This document shows positions 1 to 12,423 of a stretch of DNA of 64,000 nucleotides, one piece after another (the stretch's first letter is position 1; each line of letters begins with the position of its first letter). The position numbers were made by a program, and so were the translations under genes. Source of the DNA: Heteronotia binoei. Taxonomy: Eukaryota. Below the pieces are notes generated by a model that saw only the letters and a list, made by a program, of their open reading frames with translations, did no database searches and was not told where the DNA came from. The stretch spans positions 164,424,001-164,488,000 of the forward strand of contig NC_083243.1 of the NCBI RefSeq assembly GCF_032191835.1, written 5' to 3'.

Positions 1-1169
1 AGCTTTTTCAATGGCAAAAAGGGAGGAGATCCCCTTTGACTGCGAGCAAGGTTGTACAGGGGATCATGGGCCCTGCATAGATAAAAGACATATGGGAAGG
101 CTCTGGAGGAAGAAGGAGAATTAGGTGAGATTAAGTGAAAAAGCTGATTGGATACAAGCAACCATTTCCTTGAAACAGTATAAGTCCAAGTAGGGAAAAC
201 AGGTGACATCTTTTTTCTCTCTACTGGAGCTAATAGCTCCTTGCAGAAAGATGTGTGATTTCTATCCTGGAAAGAGTGAGGTGGTGATAGAGAGCAGCTA
301 CTCTGAAAGGAAATTAAAAACTTTGGAAGATCTGATGTTGGAAATCTCACATTTCACCTAGTTTGGTCCTGACATAGTTAGAAATGTTAATATATTTAAG
401 GATTACAGCATATAGAATGTGAGTACAAAGGAAGATTAGCTGTAACAGCATCTCAATAAATTCTATAACCCACCATAATTGGATTTATATCCCACCCTAT
501 ATTCTGAATAATATGTGTGTATTTTTGTTAAATATTTTGTAAATTATTTTGCATAGAATATTCTGTTAGAACAACAGGCATCCAACAATACAAAGACAGT
601 TCAGAATACTGCCTAAAGGGCACGCCAAATGTAACTTACATAGTGGCAATTTTCATACAACATATAATAGCAGCAGGCCTCAGATATAATAGCAGCATAT
701 AATAGCACTAGTATCATCCAACATATTCAATTCAATACTCCATATTCAGTATTAATCAACATATTCAATTCTGTGTTCATTAGTCACTCCAATGTTCATA
801 CGAAAATGCTAGAAAATTCACTGTAAATACTCTTCTTCAGTGAACCCGCTATAATGATTAAACTGGTCCCTAGAATGGTATGGCAATTTTCTACAATGCC
901 CCAATAATTTTAATTTTTTATTTTTTTCTCGCAAGGCACCATCAAAGATCTCTTCCTCACAGATTAAAGCATCCAATTTACAGTGTGGTGTAGCTTCTCT
1001 GTAAACAGGATGCTAGAATTCTCGTATGAATGCTTATGTGTACCAGTCTGCTTATGGTGTGCAGGCTATTGGGCCATGGTGCATCCCTGGAGGGCCAGAA
1101 AGCACAATACATGCTAGAATGTTGTCTGTCATTTTGTACTCTTCAGTGTACTGTGTTCTAAATCCTCAG

Positions 1170-1322
1170 TGATCCAATACAGCTTCACCACCATTTTTGT
1201 GGCTGCCTTCCCTCTTGCCCCATTGCTGGCCTTTTTAAACAACCTCATTGAAATTCGGTATGATGCTGTCAAGATGGTGAAACTGCAGAGGCGCATGGTA
1301 CCAAGGAAAGCCAAGGATATTG
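1170..1322 (+). CDS. ANO9: Anoctamin-9 (TMEM16J) internal coding exon, TM7-TM8 region: (V)[50 protein letters not shown](G)
   Basis: Acceptor ...aatcctcag|t at 1169/1170 and donor attg|gtaagg at 1322/1323; phase 1 at both ends. The translation contains the anoctamin motif FPLAPL and the ANO9-like [12 protein letters not shown]. Confidence 0.95.
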
Positions 1323-1733
1323 GTAAGGTGATGATTAGGAAGAAAAACTCCCTATTCAGACCATTCAGGACAGGCTTCTGTATCACCCCCAGGATTTTTA
1401 GTGTGATGACACTGGACTCATTTACATAATAACATAAGAAAAGCCATGTTGAATCAGGCCAGTGGCTCATCCAGTCCAACACTCTGTGTCACACAGTGGC
1501 CAAAAACTAGGTACAAAGCAGCAGCTGATGCAGGTCAAGAACGAGTCAAAAGTTTAGGAAAAGAGGAATAGTATAGACATTGCTACTCTGCTACTTGGAT
1601 ATACTCTTAGCCCAGATATTGTGAGGACATAAGATTTCAAATGCCTTTACTGGGTCCATGTGACGTGCAGAGCCGCCCCTCCACCTGCCCCCGATAAAGC
1701 GAGGGGAAATGGTTTAAATGAGCTGTATAGGCT

Positions 1734-1909
1734 CAGGACTGGATCTACATGTTTTTTTGGGGGGGCAAAATTAAAAAATGACACCCCCTTATGGGCTCAT
1801 TCTATCTAATGGGCCCATAGATAGAATGGACTCCATACCCAATTTGGTGCCCCCCCCACCAGCGCCCGGGCAAGCATCCCTCTCTGGCCCCCCCTCAGAT
1901 CCAGCTCTG
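1734..1909. mobile_element. hAT MITE
   Basis: Termini caggactggatct / agatccagctctg; 8-bp TSD tataggct / tgtaggct. Confidence 0.75.
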
Positions 1910-2437
1910 TGTAGGCTTCAGCGTTAGAAAAGGAAAGAGCCAAGCAGAGAAGGAATCATTAGCATCTGAGACTTGGACCTAGTCTGGAAAACTAGCCTCA
2001 ACTGCTCGTGCTGAAGTCTCAGGACAGTGTGCACATCTGTTGTGACTCACTGGCAAATGAAGTCCAAGTCTGGCTTAAAATGGTGAAACCTGGAATAGAT
2101 AATAAGAACCTGCTCTCCTGCCTTTGCTTGGCCAACAAGGCAGTGTGTTATGCTAGCTGGATGCCAAGCTCCACCTTTTTTTGCTTTAAGCCACCGACCT
2201 TGGGGGCCCTCCCCAGGTCTAAATTTGGCATGGACACCTTATAATAAAAACTCAGAAACTGGTGGGAGAAAGAAAGGAGGAAATATATTTGCTTGTTTCC
2301 TTCCCTTGGTCCTGGGACCAGTAAGCACATTCTTTATCAAGTGCTGAAAATTGAGGGGGGGGGGGATGTTTTCAGCTTGAAGCTGACCAAGACAAAATCT
2401 CTCTCTCTCTCTCTTCCTCCCCTCTTCCCTTTTGCAG

Positions 2438-2585
2438 GTATCTGGCTGCAGGTCCTGGAAGCGATTGGTATGTTGGCTGTCATTGCCAATGGCCTGGTGA
2501 TTTCTATCACCTCAGACTTCATCCCCATGCAAGTGTATAAATACACACTTGGCCCATGTGTACAGGAGAATTACACTGGCATAGA
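2438..2585 (+). CDS. ANO9: ANO9 exon: [49 protein letters not shown](D)
   Basis: Long pyrimidine tract ending tttgcag|g, donor ataga|gtgagt; phase 1 in and phase 2 out, compatible with both neighbouring exons; anoctamin GIW...AVIxNG...TSDFIP motif. Confidence 0.95.
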
Positions 2586-3474
2586 GTGAGTGCCGTGAAA
2601 GAGCAGACTAGCTGCACTGGGGATGCAGAATATGATAATCATTGTGGTAATTTCCTTCGAGCTGAAGCTCCTTCCCCATTGTCAAAACTGTGTGTGAGAG
2701 ATCATCTGTAAAGTAGGTCCCACATACTGGAGAGCGATTAGAAGATATTGAAAGATGTGTCAAAGGAAGAAGTTAGTACTATTTAAAGTGGGCAAAGTGT
2801 GGCAAGGGCAAGTGAGATGTTTTAAAAGTTAGCCTGGTTCCATTCCACTGGCAACAATGTTTCTGGTGTGTTTCTCCAGCTCAATGGGTGTTCCATTGAT
2901 AAGAAGAACATGCAGAACAGTCTTGCATCAGAGAAAGAAACTTTTGCATTGCAAGAATGTGCCATGAACACAAAAAGACACACAGTATCTTGCTAGACAG
3001 GCTCTGATTTGCATCCTGCCTCCATGGCGAATTTTGAGGACATGCACAGGTTAGAATTAGCTCTAGAAAGCAGTGTGCTTTTTCTTCCCAGTGTGCCTTC
3101 TCTGCTTTAGTCTGCCTCCTCTCCATGTAACTGTCCTGCCCTGTCTTGTCATATAACCCCCACTGCACAAAATTTAATTACATCCATCAAAAGCAAGGGC
3201 TGATAAGAGCTGCAGAGTGCACCAGTATCCTCCATGAGATAGGGAAGTAAAATTCCTATCAGGTTGTTGTTACTAGGCATAGAACAGGAGTAAAAGTTCA
3301 TTTGGATGGATAAGCAGAAGACACTGGAGTGACTTGCCCGTCTGTAACATGAACTATTATTCAATACAATGACAACAGCTGTTTCCCCAAAGTTATTTAA
3401 ATGTTTTAAAAGAGAGAATCTTATTATAGGTGAAAAAATCCTATGTAGAGGATTGATTTAAAATCTAGTTATAT

Positions 3475-3650
3475 CCCACTAGTTTCCTCAATGGGGATTG
3501 AAAGCAGTTTACAGTGTTGTTCTCCATTTTATTCTCACAACCACCATCTTGTGAGGTCGCTTAGTCTGAGAGAGCCCATGGCAGAAAAGGGATTCGAAAC
3601 GGGGTTTCCTTTATTCTAATCTAATCCTCTAACTACTAAACTGCGCTCAT
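3475..3650 (-). mobile_element. MIR-like SINE fragment
   Basis: ggattcgaaac (B-box on the minus strand); ttattctcacaac...tgtgagg CORE-like segment. Confidence 0.6.
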
Positions 3651-4110
3651 GGTTTTCATCCACCCTGTTTTAAAATGCTTTGTAATGTCTAATGGAAATA
3701 CATACATAACAAAACTTTTCTCCCTACTACAACAACAAAATCTGAGAAGAGTCCTCAAGTAAAGCAGGCTCAGGCTACGTATTTTCACAAGTAGCTAGGA
3801 ATATTTTAAATACAAATCATTAAAAGATGTACACTGTACTTTACATTACACAAAATGTAGAAATGGCTCAGTTTATTTAATAATTTTAAGACTGAAAATA
3901 AAACAATGGACTGGACAACGCATCAACAGTGCCAAGTCCAATGCATCTGCTTTGAGAAAATTAACACAAATGAAATATAAGATCAAAACAAATCAATGCC
4001 TTGCTAAAAACTTTTCTGAGCTTTGCCAGGGTCTTATAACTTGCATAATTTGCCTAAGACACTATTGTACCCTAAGTAATGTTCTTTCTTTTCTTTTTGC
4101 CTGTTTGTAG

Positions 4111-4227
4111 CTGTTTGACAGGTTATGTGAATCACAGCCTTTCAGTATTTTCCATCCAGGACTTCAAGAATCGCAATGACCTGTCAGATCTTAAAGACTC
4201 CATGGGGAATAAAATAACACACTGCAG
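4111..4227 (+). CDS. ANO9: ANO9 exon: (D)CLTGYVNHSLSVFSIQDFKNRNDLSDLKDSMGNKITHC(R)
   Basis: Acceptor tttgtag|c, donor tgcag|gtattg; phase 2 to phase 2; the GYVNHSLSVF motif is typical of ANO9. Confidence 0.93.
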
Positions 4228-7213
4228 GTATTGGCAACTGTGTGCTTTTCTTTCCATATTCTGAGCTTCTGAACAGAAGCCTGACAGCTCAATCCATTAA
4301 GCAGAATGTGTGCATAGCCCTCATTTTCTTTCGCATTATCAGTATAGCTCTATAATGGCATGGCTGCTCCTTTCCCTACATGAAATATACATGTAACTAA
4401 TCTTGGCCCACCTTCCTGCAATAGTCCAATGAATGGAAAACCAACATAATACTGGGCTGCTATAGAGATGGCTTTCATTCCATCCCAATTACACTACAGA
4501 TGGATGAGGATGATGACAAAGAGCAGCCTCGTCTTTCTGTGAAGTCAGCGCCCTGCCTTGAGTGCTGAACAGTAGTAGAATTTCTTTGATCTTGATGGCT
4601 TTGTGTATTTTGATATCAGTGGAGGGCAGAGAATTTGGCATAGTTCATCTAAAATGCCTATTTATATTGTTTTATCATGGTAAAATGAAAAAAAAAAATT
4701 GCACCAAGAAATACCTGGAATTGCTGATTCCAGTTCCAGGTTTCATAGCTGGAAAGTAAGTTTCTTTGTAAGGAGAACATAATTTTCCTTCAGCACCCCT
4801 TCTGATTTTATGAACAGACATAACAGGGAAAGCTGTGGTCCTTTCTGCACTCACAACTTACTGCAAAGTATCCCAGCAGTCAAGCCTTTAAACTTGACTT
4901 TGAGTTTCTGTGCCTGTCATCCGCACCAGTCTGACACCATCTGGTGTATTTATTCTGCAACCTCAAAAAACCTGTACTTCTCTAAACTGGGGTGGAAGCT
5001 TTCAAGCATGAGAACTGCAAATGTCACGTGTGATATATGGTGGGCAGTGTCCAATTTTTTTTTTTAATTATGCAATTGCCCCATCACAGCTGAGCCATAG
5101 TATCCAGCAAGCACTTTCCATTTAAATCCTCATCATTCATTGTTTGTGCATGCCTTTTAGCATTAGTAGGCTGAATGATAGGGGACAGAAAGGAATCCAG
5201 GCAAAGGGGGGAAACCCACTGTTGAAACAAGCCAGACATCTCAAAATTGACAAGGAGCTGAGAAGCCCCATTTTCCAGTATTGCAAAGCACTAGCAGAGA
5301 GGGCAGCTCTGCTCTGTGTGTTTATTGAGTGTCTCTGCCTTTGGAGAGGAGAAGGTGCTGCTTGATTGTCAATGACTTCTGATTATCAGCAAACAGCCCC
5401 ACCCCCCTTCCTACACACACAGCTAGCTTCTCCCCTCGTGGTCTCCCACCTCCTCCTCCTTTCTAAGCAGCCTGCCTGTTCTCTCCCTTGCTGTTCCCTG
5501 ATCCGAGAAGCAGAGATGCAGAAGCCAGGCCAAAGATTTCTCCTTCAAGGTTCAGAGGATGGGTTTGTCCTGGCTTCTGATTAGTGCTTGTGAGGTGGGG
5601 GTGGGGGGTGGATTCTTCCCACTTTTCCTCAGGGCGGCAGGAGAAGGCTGCGCAGAACTGAATGGCTCCCCGCAGACAGTGATGCTAACGGCTCCCTGCA
5701 AATTCAGCTGTGTGCTGCCTTCTCCTGCTGGCTGGTTTAAACCTGGCAGGCTGCTTGATGACTTCTGTTGAGCTGTGTGGTTTAAACCAGGTTGTCCAGC
5801 AGAGCCCCAGACAACCCTGCAGGGAGAACTCTCTCTTTTTAACCCAGAGCACCCACTAAAATAACCTTTACTTGTTGGCAGGGCTGGTGCATGGGAGAAG
5901 GCAAACTAGGCAAATGCCTCGGTACTCCCCCAGCCTCTTCAAGCCAAGAAAAAAATGGGGCTTCCCCTCTGCAGCACCCACCAAACTTGGTGAGCGCCGC
6001 AGAGGGAAACTGACCAGCGTTTTTTCTTGGCTTTAAGGGGTCAGGGGAACTCATCAAGGAACCTGCCGAGCCCTCCTTCCACACCTCATAGCCTGCTCCC
6101 ACCAGGGGCAGGAGTGCGGCAGCAGGGCAGGTGCAGGTGGGGAGGTGTGGGGCAGGTGCCAGCCTGGGGTGCCAGAAGTCCTAGCACTGGGCCTGCCTGG
6201 GTCCTGGGCAGGCAAAAGAAGAGGAGGCGGTGATGTGCACACCGTTCAGAGTGCCTTCCTTTGCAAAGGAAGGCAGCCTCCAAGTGGTGGAGAGGCACCC
6301 CATTGCCCCTTTCACCTGCCTGGGTCCTTGCCTGAGGTGGCAGGACTCATGGCTGGTGCATGAGAGTAGGCAATGTAGGTGGCAGCCTGGGGGGCCACCT
6401 CACCTACGGGGCACCCCTTCCCCACCACTCTTGGCTGAGACTGGCTGGCTGGTGCATCGGTGGCCCTCTCCACTGAGCCTGGTTTCCCTTGCAAGAGCAG
6501 ACAAGCAGGGTGCGTTCTTTTCCTCCAAGCTCAGAGGAGAAGAGTGCGCCCCACCCCGCCTGGATGCTCTCACCTGAAGCCAAGCAGGACGTCTTCTTCT
6601 CCTCTAAGCTCAGCTTCCCTTGCAAGAAGAAAGAGGCGGTATGTGGCAGCAATGTGCATACTGCCATGCAGGGGGCAGGGGTCTTTGCCTGGAGTGGCAT
6701 CTCTCTCCTGCTCCAGGTTGTTGGTGGCTCTGTCCACTTCTCTCCCCCTCCTGGAATAAAAGCCCTGTTCCAACCAGAGCCGAAGCAAAGCCCGTTTTTG
6801 GGTGGTTGAGAGTATGTGTGGGACAGCAGCAACTTCCAACACCCCCCCCCCACTCCCTGCACCTATGACTGGGCAATCTTGAGAGACAGCTGAATTGAAC
6901 CTCCAGCCTCTGGGAGGGGCGAGGGCCTGCAGGCTTTCTTCCTTCTTTTGCAAATATAGACATAAAACTCTGTAAAAGGTGAGGAGTAAATTTTTAAATG
7001 TGGATGCATTTTGAATGACACAGATCTCTAGCAGATAGATTCAGTGCTCATTAAACCTGAGTGTAGAAACAGCCAAAGTCAGCTTGGAAGAGGAGCAAGG
7101 GGGGAAATCGCCATAAAGCCACCTTCAGAAAAGCCAGGGAAACAGTAAACAGAAAGTAAACTGAGAGCTGAAGGGACAAAAATCAATGCAAAACTAAACA
7201 AAAAACCAAAAAA

Positions 7214-9255
7214 GGTAGGTAGGTAGGTAGGTAATTTTATTTATATCCCGCCCTCCCCGCCGAAGCAGGCTCAGGGCGGCTGACAACATCATTCAATTAT
7301 ACAAAAACAACAAAACAACAAAGTTACATTTAACGTTAAAATTCTAATAAGTTTAAAATTGATTAATTAATTAGTAATAAAAGTGCTAGTGCTGTTTGTT
7401 CTTTATATGATGGCGGTAATCCTTAGCAGTCACTTCCTTCATCAGCAATCACTTCCTTCATCAGCGAAAGCCAGTCGAAAGAGGAAAGTTTTGCAGGCCC
7501 TGCGGAATTGTTCAAGGTTCCGCAGGGCCCGCATTTCCTCTGGAAGTTGGTTCCATAGGTTCGGGGCTACAGAGGAGAAGGCCCGATTACGGGTGCATTG
7601 CAGCTTCACCTCTCTTGGTCCGGGGGTGGTCAGCAAGTTTTTTCCAGCTGACCTCAGTGCTCTCTGGGGTTCGTATGGGGAAAGACGGTCCCTAAGGTAG
7701 ACAGGTCCTCGACCATATAGGGCTTTAAAGGTGATGACCAGCACTTTGTAACGAACCCGGTATGTAACTGGCAGCCAGTGCAGCTCGCGCAGCCCAGGCT
7801 GTATATGCTCCCATTTAGGGAGCCCCAGTAACAGTCTGGCCGCTGCGTTCTGCACCAGCTGCAGCTTCCGGGTTCGGTACAGAGGCAGCCCCATGTAGAG
7901 GGCATTACAGTAATCCAGTCTCGAGGTGACCGTTGCGTGAAGTACCGTTGCCAGATCTTGGCGCTCTAGGAAGGGAGCCAACTGCCTTGCCCGCCTCAAG
8001 TGGAAAAAGGCTGACTTGGCAGTGGCTACAATCTGGGCCTCCATTGATAATGAAGGCTCCAGTAAGACTCCCAGACTCCTAACCCGGTGCGCCGCTTTCA
8101 GCGGCGCCCCGTCGAAGACCGGAAGAGGTATTTCCCCTTCCCGGGCGCCCCGACCCAGACAAAGGACTTCTGTCTTCGCTGGATTCAGTTTCAGCCCACT
8201 CTCCCTCAACCATGTTGCCATATCCTGCAGGGCCCGGTCTAAATTCTCAGGGACGCAGTCAGGCCGGCCGTCCATCAGCAGATAGAGTTGGGTGTCATCT
8301 GCATATTGATGGCACCCAAGTCCATATCTCCTGGCAATCTGGGCAAGAGGGCGCATATAGATATTGAATAACATTGGTGAGAGAACTGCCCCCTGAGGCA
8401 CTCCACAATCCAGTGTGCGCCTCCGGGACCGCTCACCACCAATTGCCACCCTTTGTCCCCGATCCTCGAGGAAGGAGGAGAGCCATTGTAAGGCAGACCC
8501 CCTCACCCCTATATCGGCGAGGCGGCGGGTCAGTAGCCGACGGTCGACCGTGTCGAACGCGGCCGACAGATCTAACAACATCAGCACCGCCACACCGCCC
8601 CGAACCAGATGCCGTTGGAGATCATCTACCAGGGCGACCAGTACTGTCTCCGTCCCATAACCCGGGCGAAAGCCGGACTGGCAAGGGTCTAGGATGGAAG
8701 CTTCATCCAGAAAGCTCTGCAACTGCGACGCCACTGCCCTCTCTATTATTTTACCTAAAAACGGTAAATTAGAGACCGGTCGGTAGTTTGCCAATTCGGC
8801 CGGGTCTGCTGTACTTTTTTTCAAGAGGGGTCGGACCAAAGCCTCTTTCAGGGATGATGGAAAGCGCCCCTCCGAGAGGGATCTATTTATGATGTCCCGT
8901 AAAGGACATTCAAGCTCCCTCTGGCAGGATTTAATTAGCCAGGAGGGGCATGGGTCCAGATCGCAAGTTGTAGGGCGCGCAGAGGAGAGAATTCCGTCGA
9001 CTTCCTCCAGGTTGAGCGGGTCGAAATGATCCAGAGTTAAATCAGAAGACAGGCATGGGGCCTCGGGCTCATGTACTGTATCTAAGGTGATGGGCAGGTC
9101 CTGGCGGAGCGACGTGATTTTGTCTGCAAAAAATTTCGCAAAAGCCTCACAGCCTATTTCTAATTCTCTGACGTTTGGTCTGCCCTGGGGCAGTGTAGTT
9201 AAGTGTCCAATTATTTTAAACAATTGTGCCGGGCGCGAATTTGCAGACGCAATCT
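7214..9255 (-). mobile_element. Young 5'-truncated L2-clade LINE with an uninterrupted RT ORF (about 600 codons) and an (ACCT)n tail
   Basis: ORF 7442-9325 has NYRPVSNLPFLGK, QSGFR, GVPQGAVLSP, YADDTQLY, SRLDYCN and LHWLPV motifs; 3' UTR ...gccgccctgagcctgc...gatataaataaaatt followed by (acct)n; no endonuclease domain. Confidence 0.93.
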
Positions 9256-9604
9256 GCAACCCAAAACACCCTGATGGACGTGCAAAGTAAAGGGGGGGGG
9301 GAATGCAGAATGAAAAAGATACCACAATGGAGAGGCATTGTGAAAGCTAGGAAACCACCAGTGCATAAAACGCCTTGGTCTGTTGGTTGGGTTGAATGTC
9401 CTACCACCCGGTCTCCTAATGAGCTGTAAGAGTTTCAGCCAGTTTATCAAAATGGAGCCCTTCTCATCCAGTTGGTCTACAGCTGCCCTTCATCAGATTG
9501 GCTAGGAAAGGCTGCAAGTGGCCTTTCTCCGTATATAGAAATAGAAGGCTGGGTGAGGCAGTGCACAATGCAGCATTTATGATTTACTATACCCCTTCCT
9601 GCAG

Positions 9605-9698
9605 GTACAGAGATTACCGGAATAGTGATGACTACAGTTACTCTGTCATGTTCTGGCATGTTTTTGCAGCACGCCTTGTCTTCCTTATCGTGTTTGAA
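9605..9698 (+). CDS. ANO9: ANO9 exon: RYRDYRNSDDYSYSVMFWHVFAARLVFLIVFE
   Basis: Acceptor ccttcctgcag|g, donor gaa|gtaagt; phase 2 to phase 0; anoctamin CRYRDYR...FW...ARLxFxIxFE motif. Confidence 0.95.
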
Positions 9699-10480
9699 GT
9701 AAGTGTTCTAGATAGAAAGGCAGTCTCTGGCAGAGTCCCCCACAGGGTGATTTGAGAAGTGGGAGCCCTACAGCTGCTTATGGTGCTGCTTTAGGTGCAT
9801 TATGACCACAGGTGCTTCCACAGTGAATTGGTTCTTTTGATAAGCTGTCACTATGCTGTTCCTAACCAATTACTGATGAAAAAGGCACTAAAAAAATCTT
9901 CCAGGTGCACCAGCTCCACTCAATCGGCTTGAAGTCCTGGGTTTCAGTAGGATGACATACATATTTAACTGATATTTAGCATTTAAGATAAGAAACATAC
10001 ATCTACTGCTCGTTTCAAGAGCTCCGTAGCAACCAGACTGTATCAATCTGTAGAGTATGGAAACTTGCACTGCATGGGTGTGGAATGGCAACTGGACCCA
10101 GTTTCATGGTTAGAGAAACCAGCCTGCCCCAAATTCCCTTACGTGGAACTGTTCATTTATTTGTAGCATCTCTGTCATGCCCTAATTTAACAAACGTCAA
10201 CATGAGTTCCAGCTAGGGTTCCAACTAGGCTCTCATCCCACTACTGGCCAGGCAAGCCTGCTCAGCTTCAAAGATGGGATCATGCTTTCAGTCTATGATC
10301 TGAGCCCAGCTTCTCGCCAGTAAGTAAGAGAGTGGTCATCTTGACTTTCAGGAATAGGAGGCCCATATTGAATTATTATTGGGACATCACATTGTTGGCA
10401 CAGTGATGGGTTTAAAAGCCTCCCAGGCCAGTTCTTTTACAGTCAGTTGGAGGGTCAATATTGACTGTAGTAAGGGCTTG

Positions 10481-10680
10481 TTATCAAAGATTTCAGGTTT
10501 TCACGGCTGGTAACATCATTAGGGTTTGTAGAATCTTTCGGGCTCAAGTGCCGTGTTCTACTGGAGAAAGTTTTCCTTCCAGACGTTTCGTTCTCAGCTG
10601 CAGAGAATGAAACGTCTGGAAAGAAAACTTTCTCCAGTAGAACACGGCACTTGAGCCCGAAAGATTCTACAAACCCTAAT
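10481..10680. mobile_element. Penelope-like element remnant forming a 78-bp inverted repeat
   Basis: Arms 10518-10595 and 10603-10680 pair at 76/78 positions around a 7-nt loop; contains gacgtttcg/cgaaacgtc, typical of reptile Penelope ends; flanking direct repeat tagtaagggcttg / tagtaagagcttg. Confidence 0.65.
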
Positions 10681-10875
10681 AGTAAGAGCTTGATTTGGAT
10701 CTACATCACTGAATTGCACGATGTAGCAATGAAACAGTTAATCATCCCCAAAAGCCATTGTTAAGCAAATGAACACAGCAGATTGCATCGGCTATTGTTG
10801 GCCACTGCCTAGATATTGACTGCAGTTAATTTCTTGTGAGGAACAAAATCTGATCTCTCCATTGGCTCTTTGCAG

Positions 10876-10988
10876 CATGTGGCCTTGTGCATCAAACTGA
10901 TTGCAGCCTGGTTTGTCCCCGATGTCCCCAGAAGGGTTAAGAATCTATATCTGAAAGAAAAATGTGACAGGCTGCAGAGACAACTGAG
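10876..10988 (+). CDS. ANO9: ANO9 exon: HVALCIKLIAAWFVPDVPRRVKNLYLKEKCDRLQRQL(S)
   Basis: Acceptor ctttgcag|c, donor gag|gtaggt; phase 0 to phase 2; HVALCIKLIAAWFVPD matches my recollection of mammalian ANO9, which fixes the paralog. Confidence 0.93.
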
Positions 10989-11884
10989 GTAGGTACTTTT
11001 TGTTTTAGATGTGTTTCTCCTCAGAGCCAAACTAGGCATTAGGTTTTACAAATGTTCACCACAGGGGCTTGCAGCTATAACTGCAGCTGTGAGTTCCTGA
11101 TAGCAACTCCATTTAGAAGTGCTGCAGGGACCCAGTTCAGATTGGGATGATGGTGTGGGGGGAAGTGGGGTTTCTGCCTCCCTCCCATTCCAACACGGAC
11201 CAGGAAGGCATCCTCCAATAGAGCAAACAACATTCCTTTGGGGCCATTTCAGCTCTGAAAAATGGTGCGGGGGAAGAATGCCCACTGACACACTCTGGCC
11301 CTGGTCTGAACTGAATCACTGCAGCACTCCTAAATGAAGTTTCCAGCAGGAACTCACAGCTGCAGTGTGGCTGCAAGTCCCTGTGGCAAACTGGTGTAAA
11401 ATACGAAGTCTAGTTTGGCCCGAAGAGTCAAAAGGAGACAGGAGTTTAGACTACAAGTTGACTTTCAGGGAAACTGTGATCTTCTTGACTTTGAAGAGCA
11501 AAGCATTAGTGGGAGAAGAAAACTTGTCCCAAGGGCATCTCTGTGATACGGGACCCAACCATTTCTGGGTAGACAGGTGCTTTTGAGCACGCTGAACAAA
11601 GACTTAATTGTACAATCTGATGTAGGAACATTTGTTTCTCTCCATTGCTTGGATGTCTTGAACAGAAGATCTAATATCATGTTCTGGTCTGATTTCCTTC
11701 AAAAGGAGTCAGCTATGCTGGACTTCATACAGAATGCCATTAGCTTGGGTTCTGATTTATCCTCCATGATAATTGAATGGTAGTATGTCTAAAGGACTCT
11801 TCTTGGCCTTAATTGTTACGAAATTGGTTGTTCAAGTAGCCCATCAGGACTTGGGAGAGAAGAGCTGCAGGAAGTAGGCAAGTC

Positions 11885-11925
<41 letters not shown>
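11885..11925. repeat. (TG)n(AG)n compound microsatellite
   Basis: Direct reading. Confidence 0.95.
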
Positions 11926-11926
<1 letters not shown>

Positions 11927-12423
11927 CAGTTTTTAGATGCTGGAAGAGGCTGAAAAGGGAGAAACAGACTGCTCTGAGTTGCATGAAGTATGTTGGGTGT
12001 GCAGGATCTCTGTCTTTGGGGAATCTGATGTCGGTAGCTGATCTGCTGCCCTGAAGATTTGCCTCTTTGCCTCCACCTGTGCTGTATTTGTAGATAAAGC
12101 AAACACTACAAAAACACCTTCAGTCTCCAGTGCTCTCTCCTCCAAAGGGAAGCAATAAGTTTTTAAAAATCTTTAATTATGTTTGTCTGTGTCCTTTATA
12201 AAGTTTACATCTCTGCTACTTGGCATTGCATTTTATGGCATACATGGCCCAGCCCCACAAAGTTCCGTTTATGTCAGATCTGGCCCTCATAACAAATTTT
12301 GACATCCTGATCTAGGTTAATTAATATCCCTGGACCTTTTTATCATTCAGAGAAGTGGGCTCCACATCACAGCATTAAGATTATGATCCTAAGCACACTT
12401 ACCTTGAAATAAGTACCAGTGAG

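Noticed and set aside
1-450. Purine-rich segment resembling a decayed LINE ORF1 or an upstream ANO9 exon
   Set aside because: No open frame with anoctamin motifs and no recognisable TE domain; cannot be supported.
4789-4800. REST/NRSE site (ttcagcacc)
   Set aside because: Only the left half-site is present; the GGACAG half is missing.
5839-6963. Dense overlapping ORFs (60-152 aa) on both strands
   Set aside because: Expected by chance in GC-rich DNA; no domains or consistent splice structure.
9256-9325. N-terminal MVSFSFCIPPP... of the 627-aa ORF as a real start
   Set aside because: It lies outside the L2 homology, in flanking intron; it is an ORF-finder extension of a 5'-truncated element.
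10518-10680. Active hammerhead ribozyme or miRNA gene
   Set aside because: The CUGANGA catalytic box is absent, and the stem is much longer and more perfect than a typical pre-miRNA; kept only as a TE-derived hairpin.
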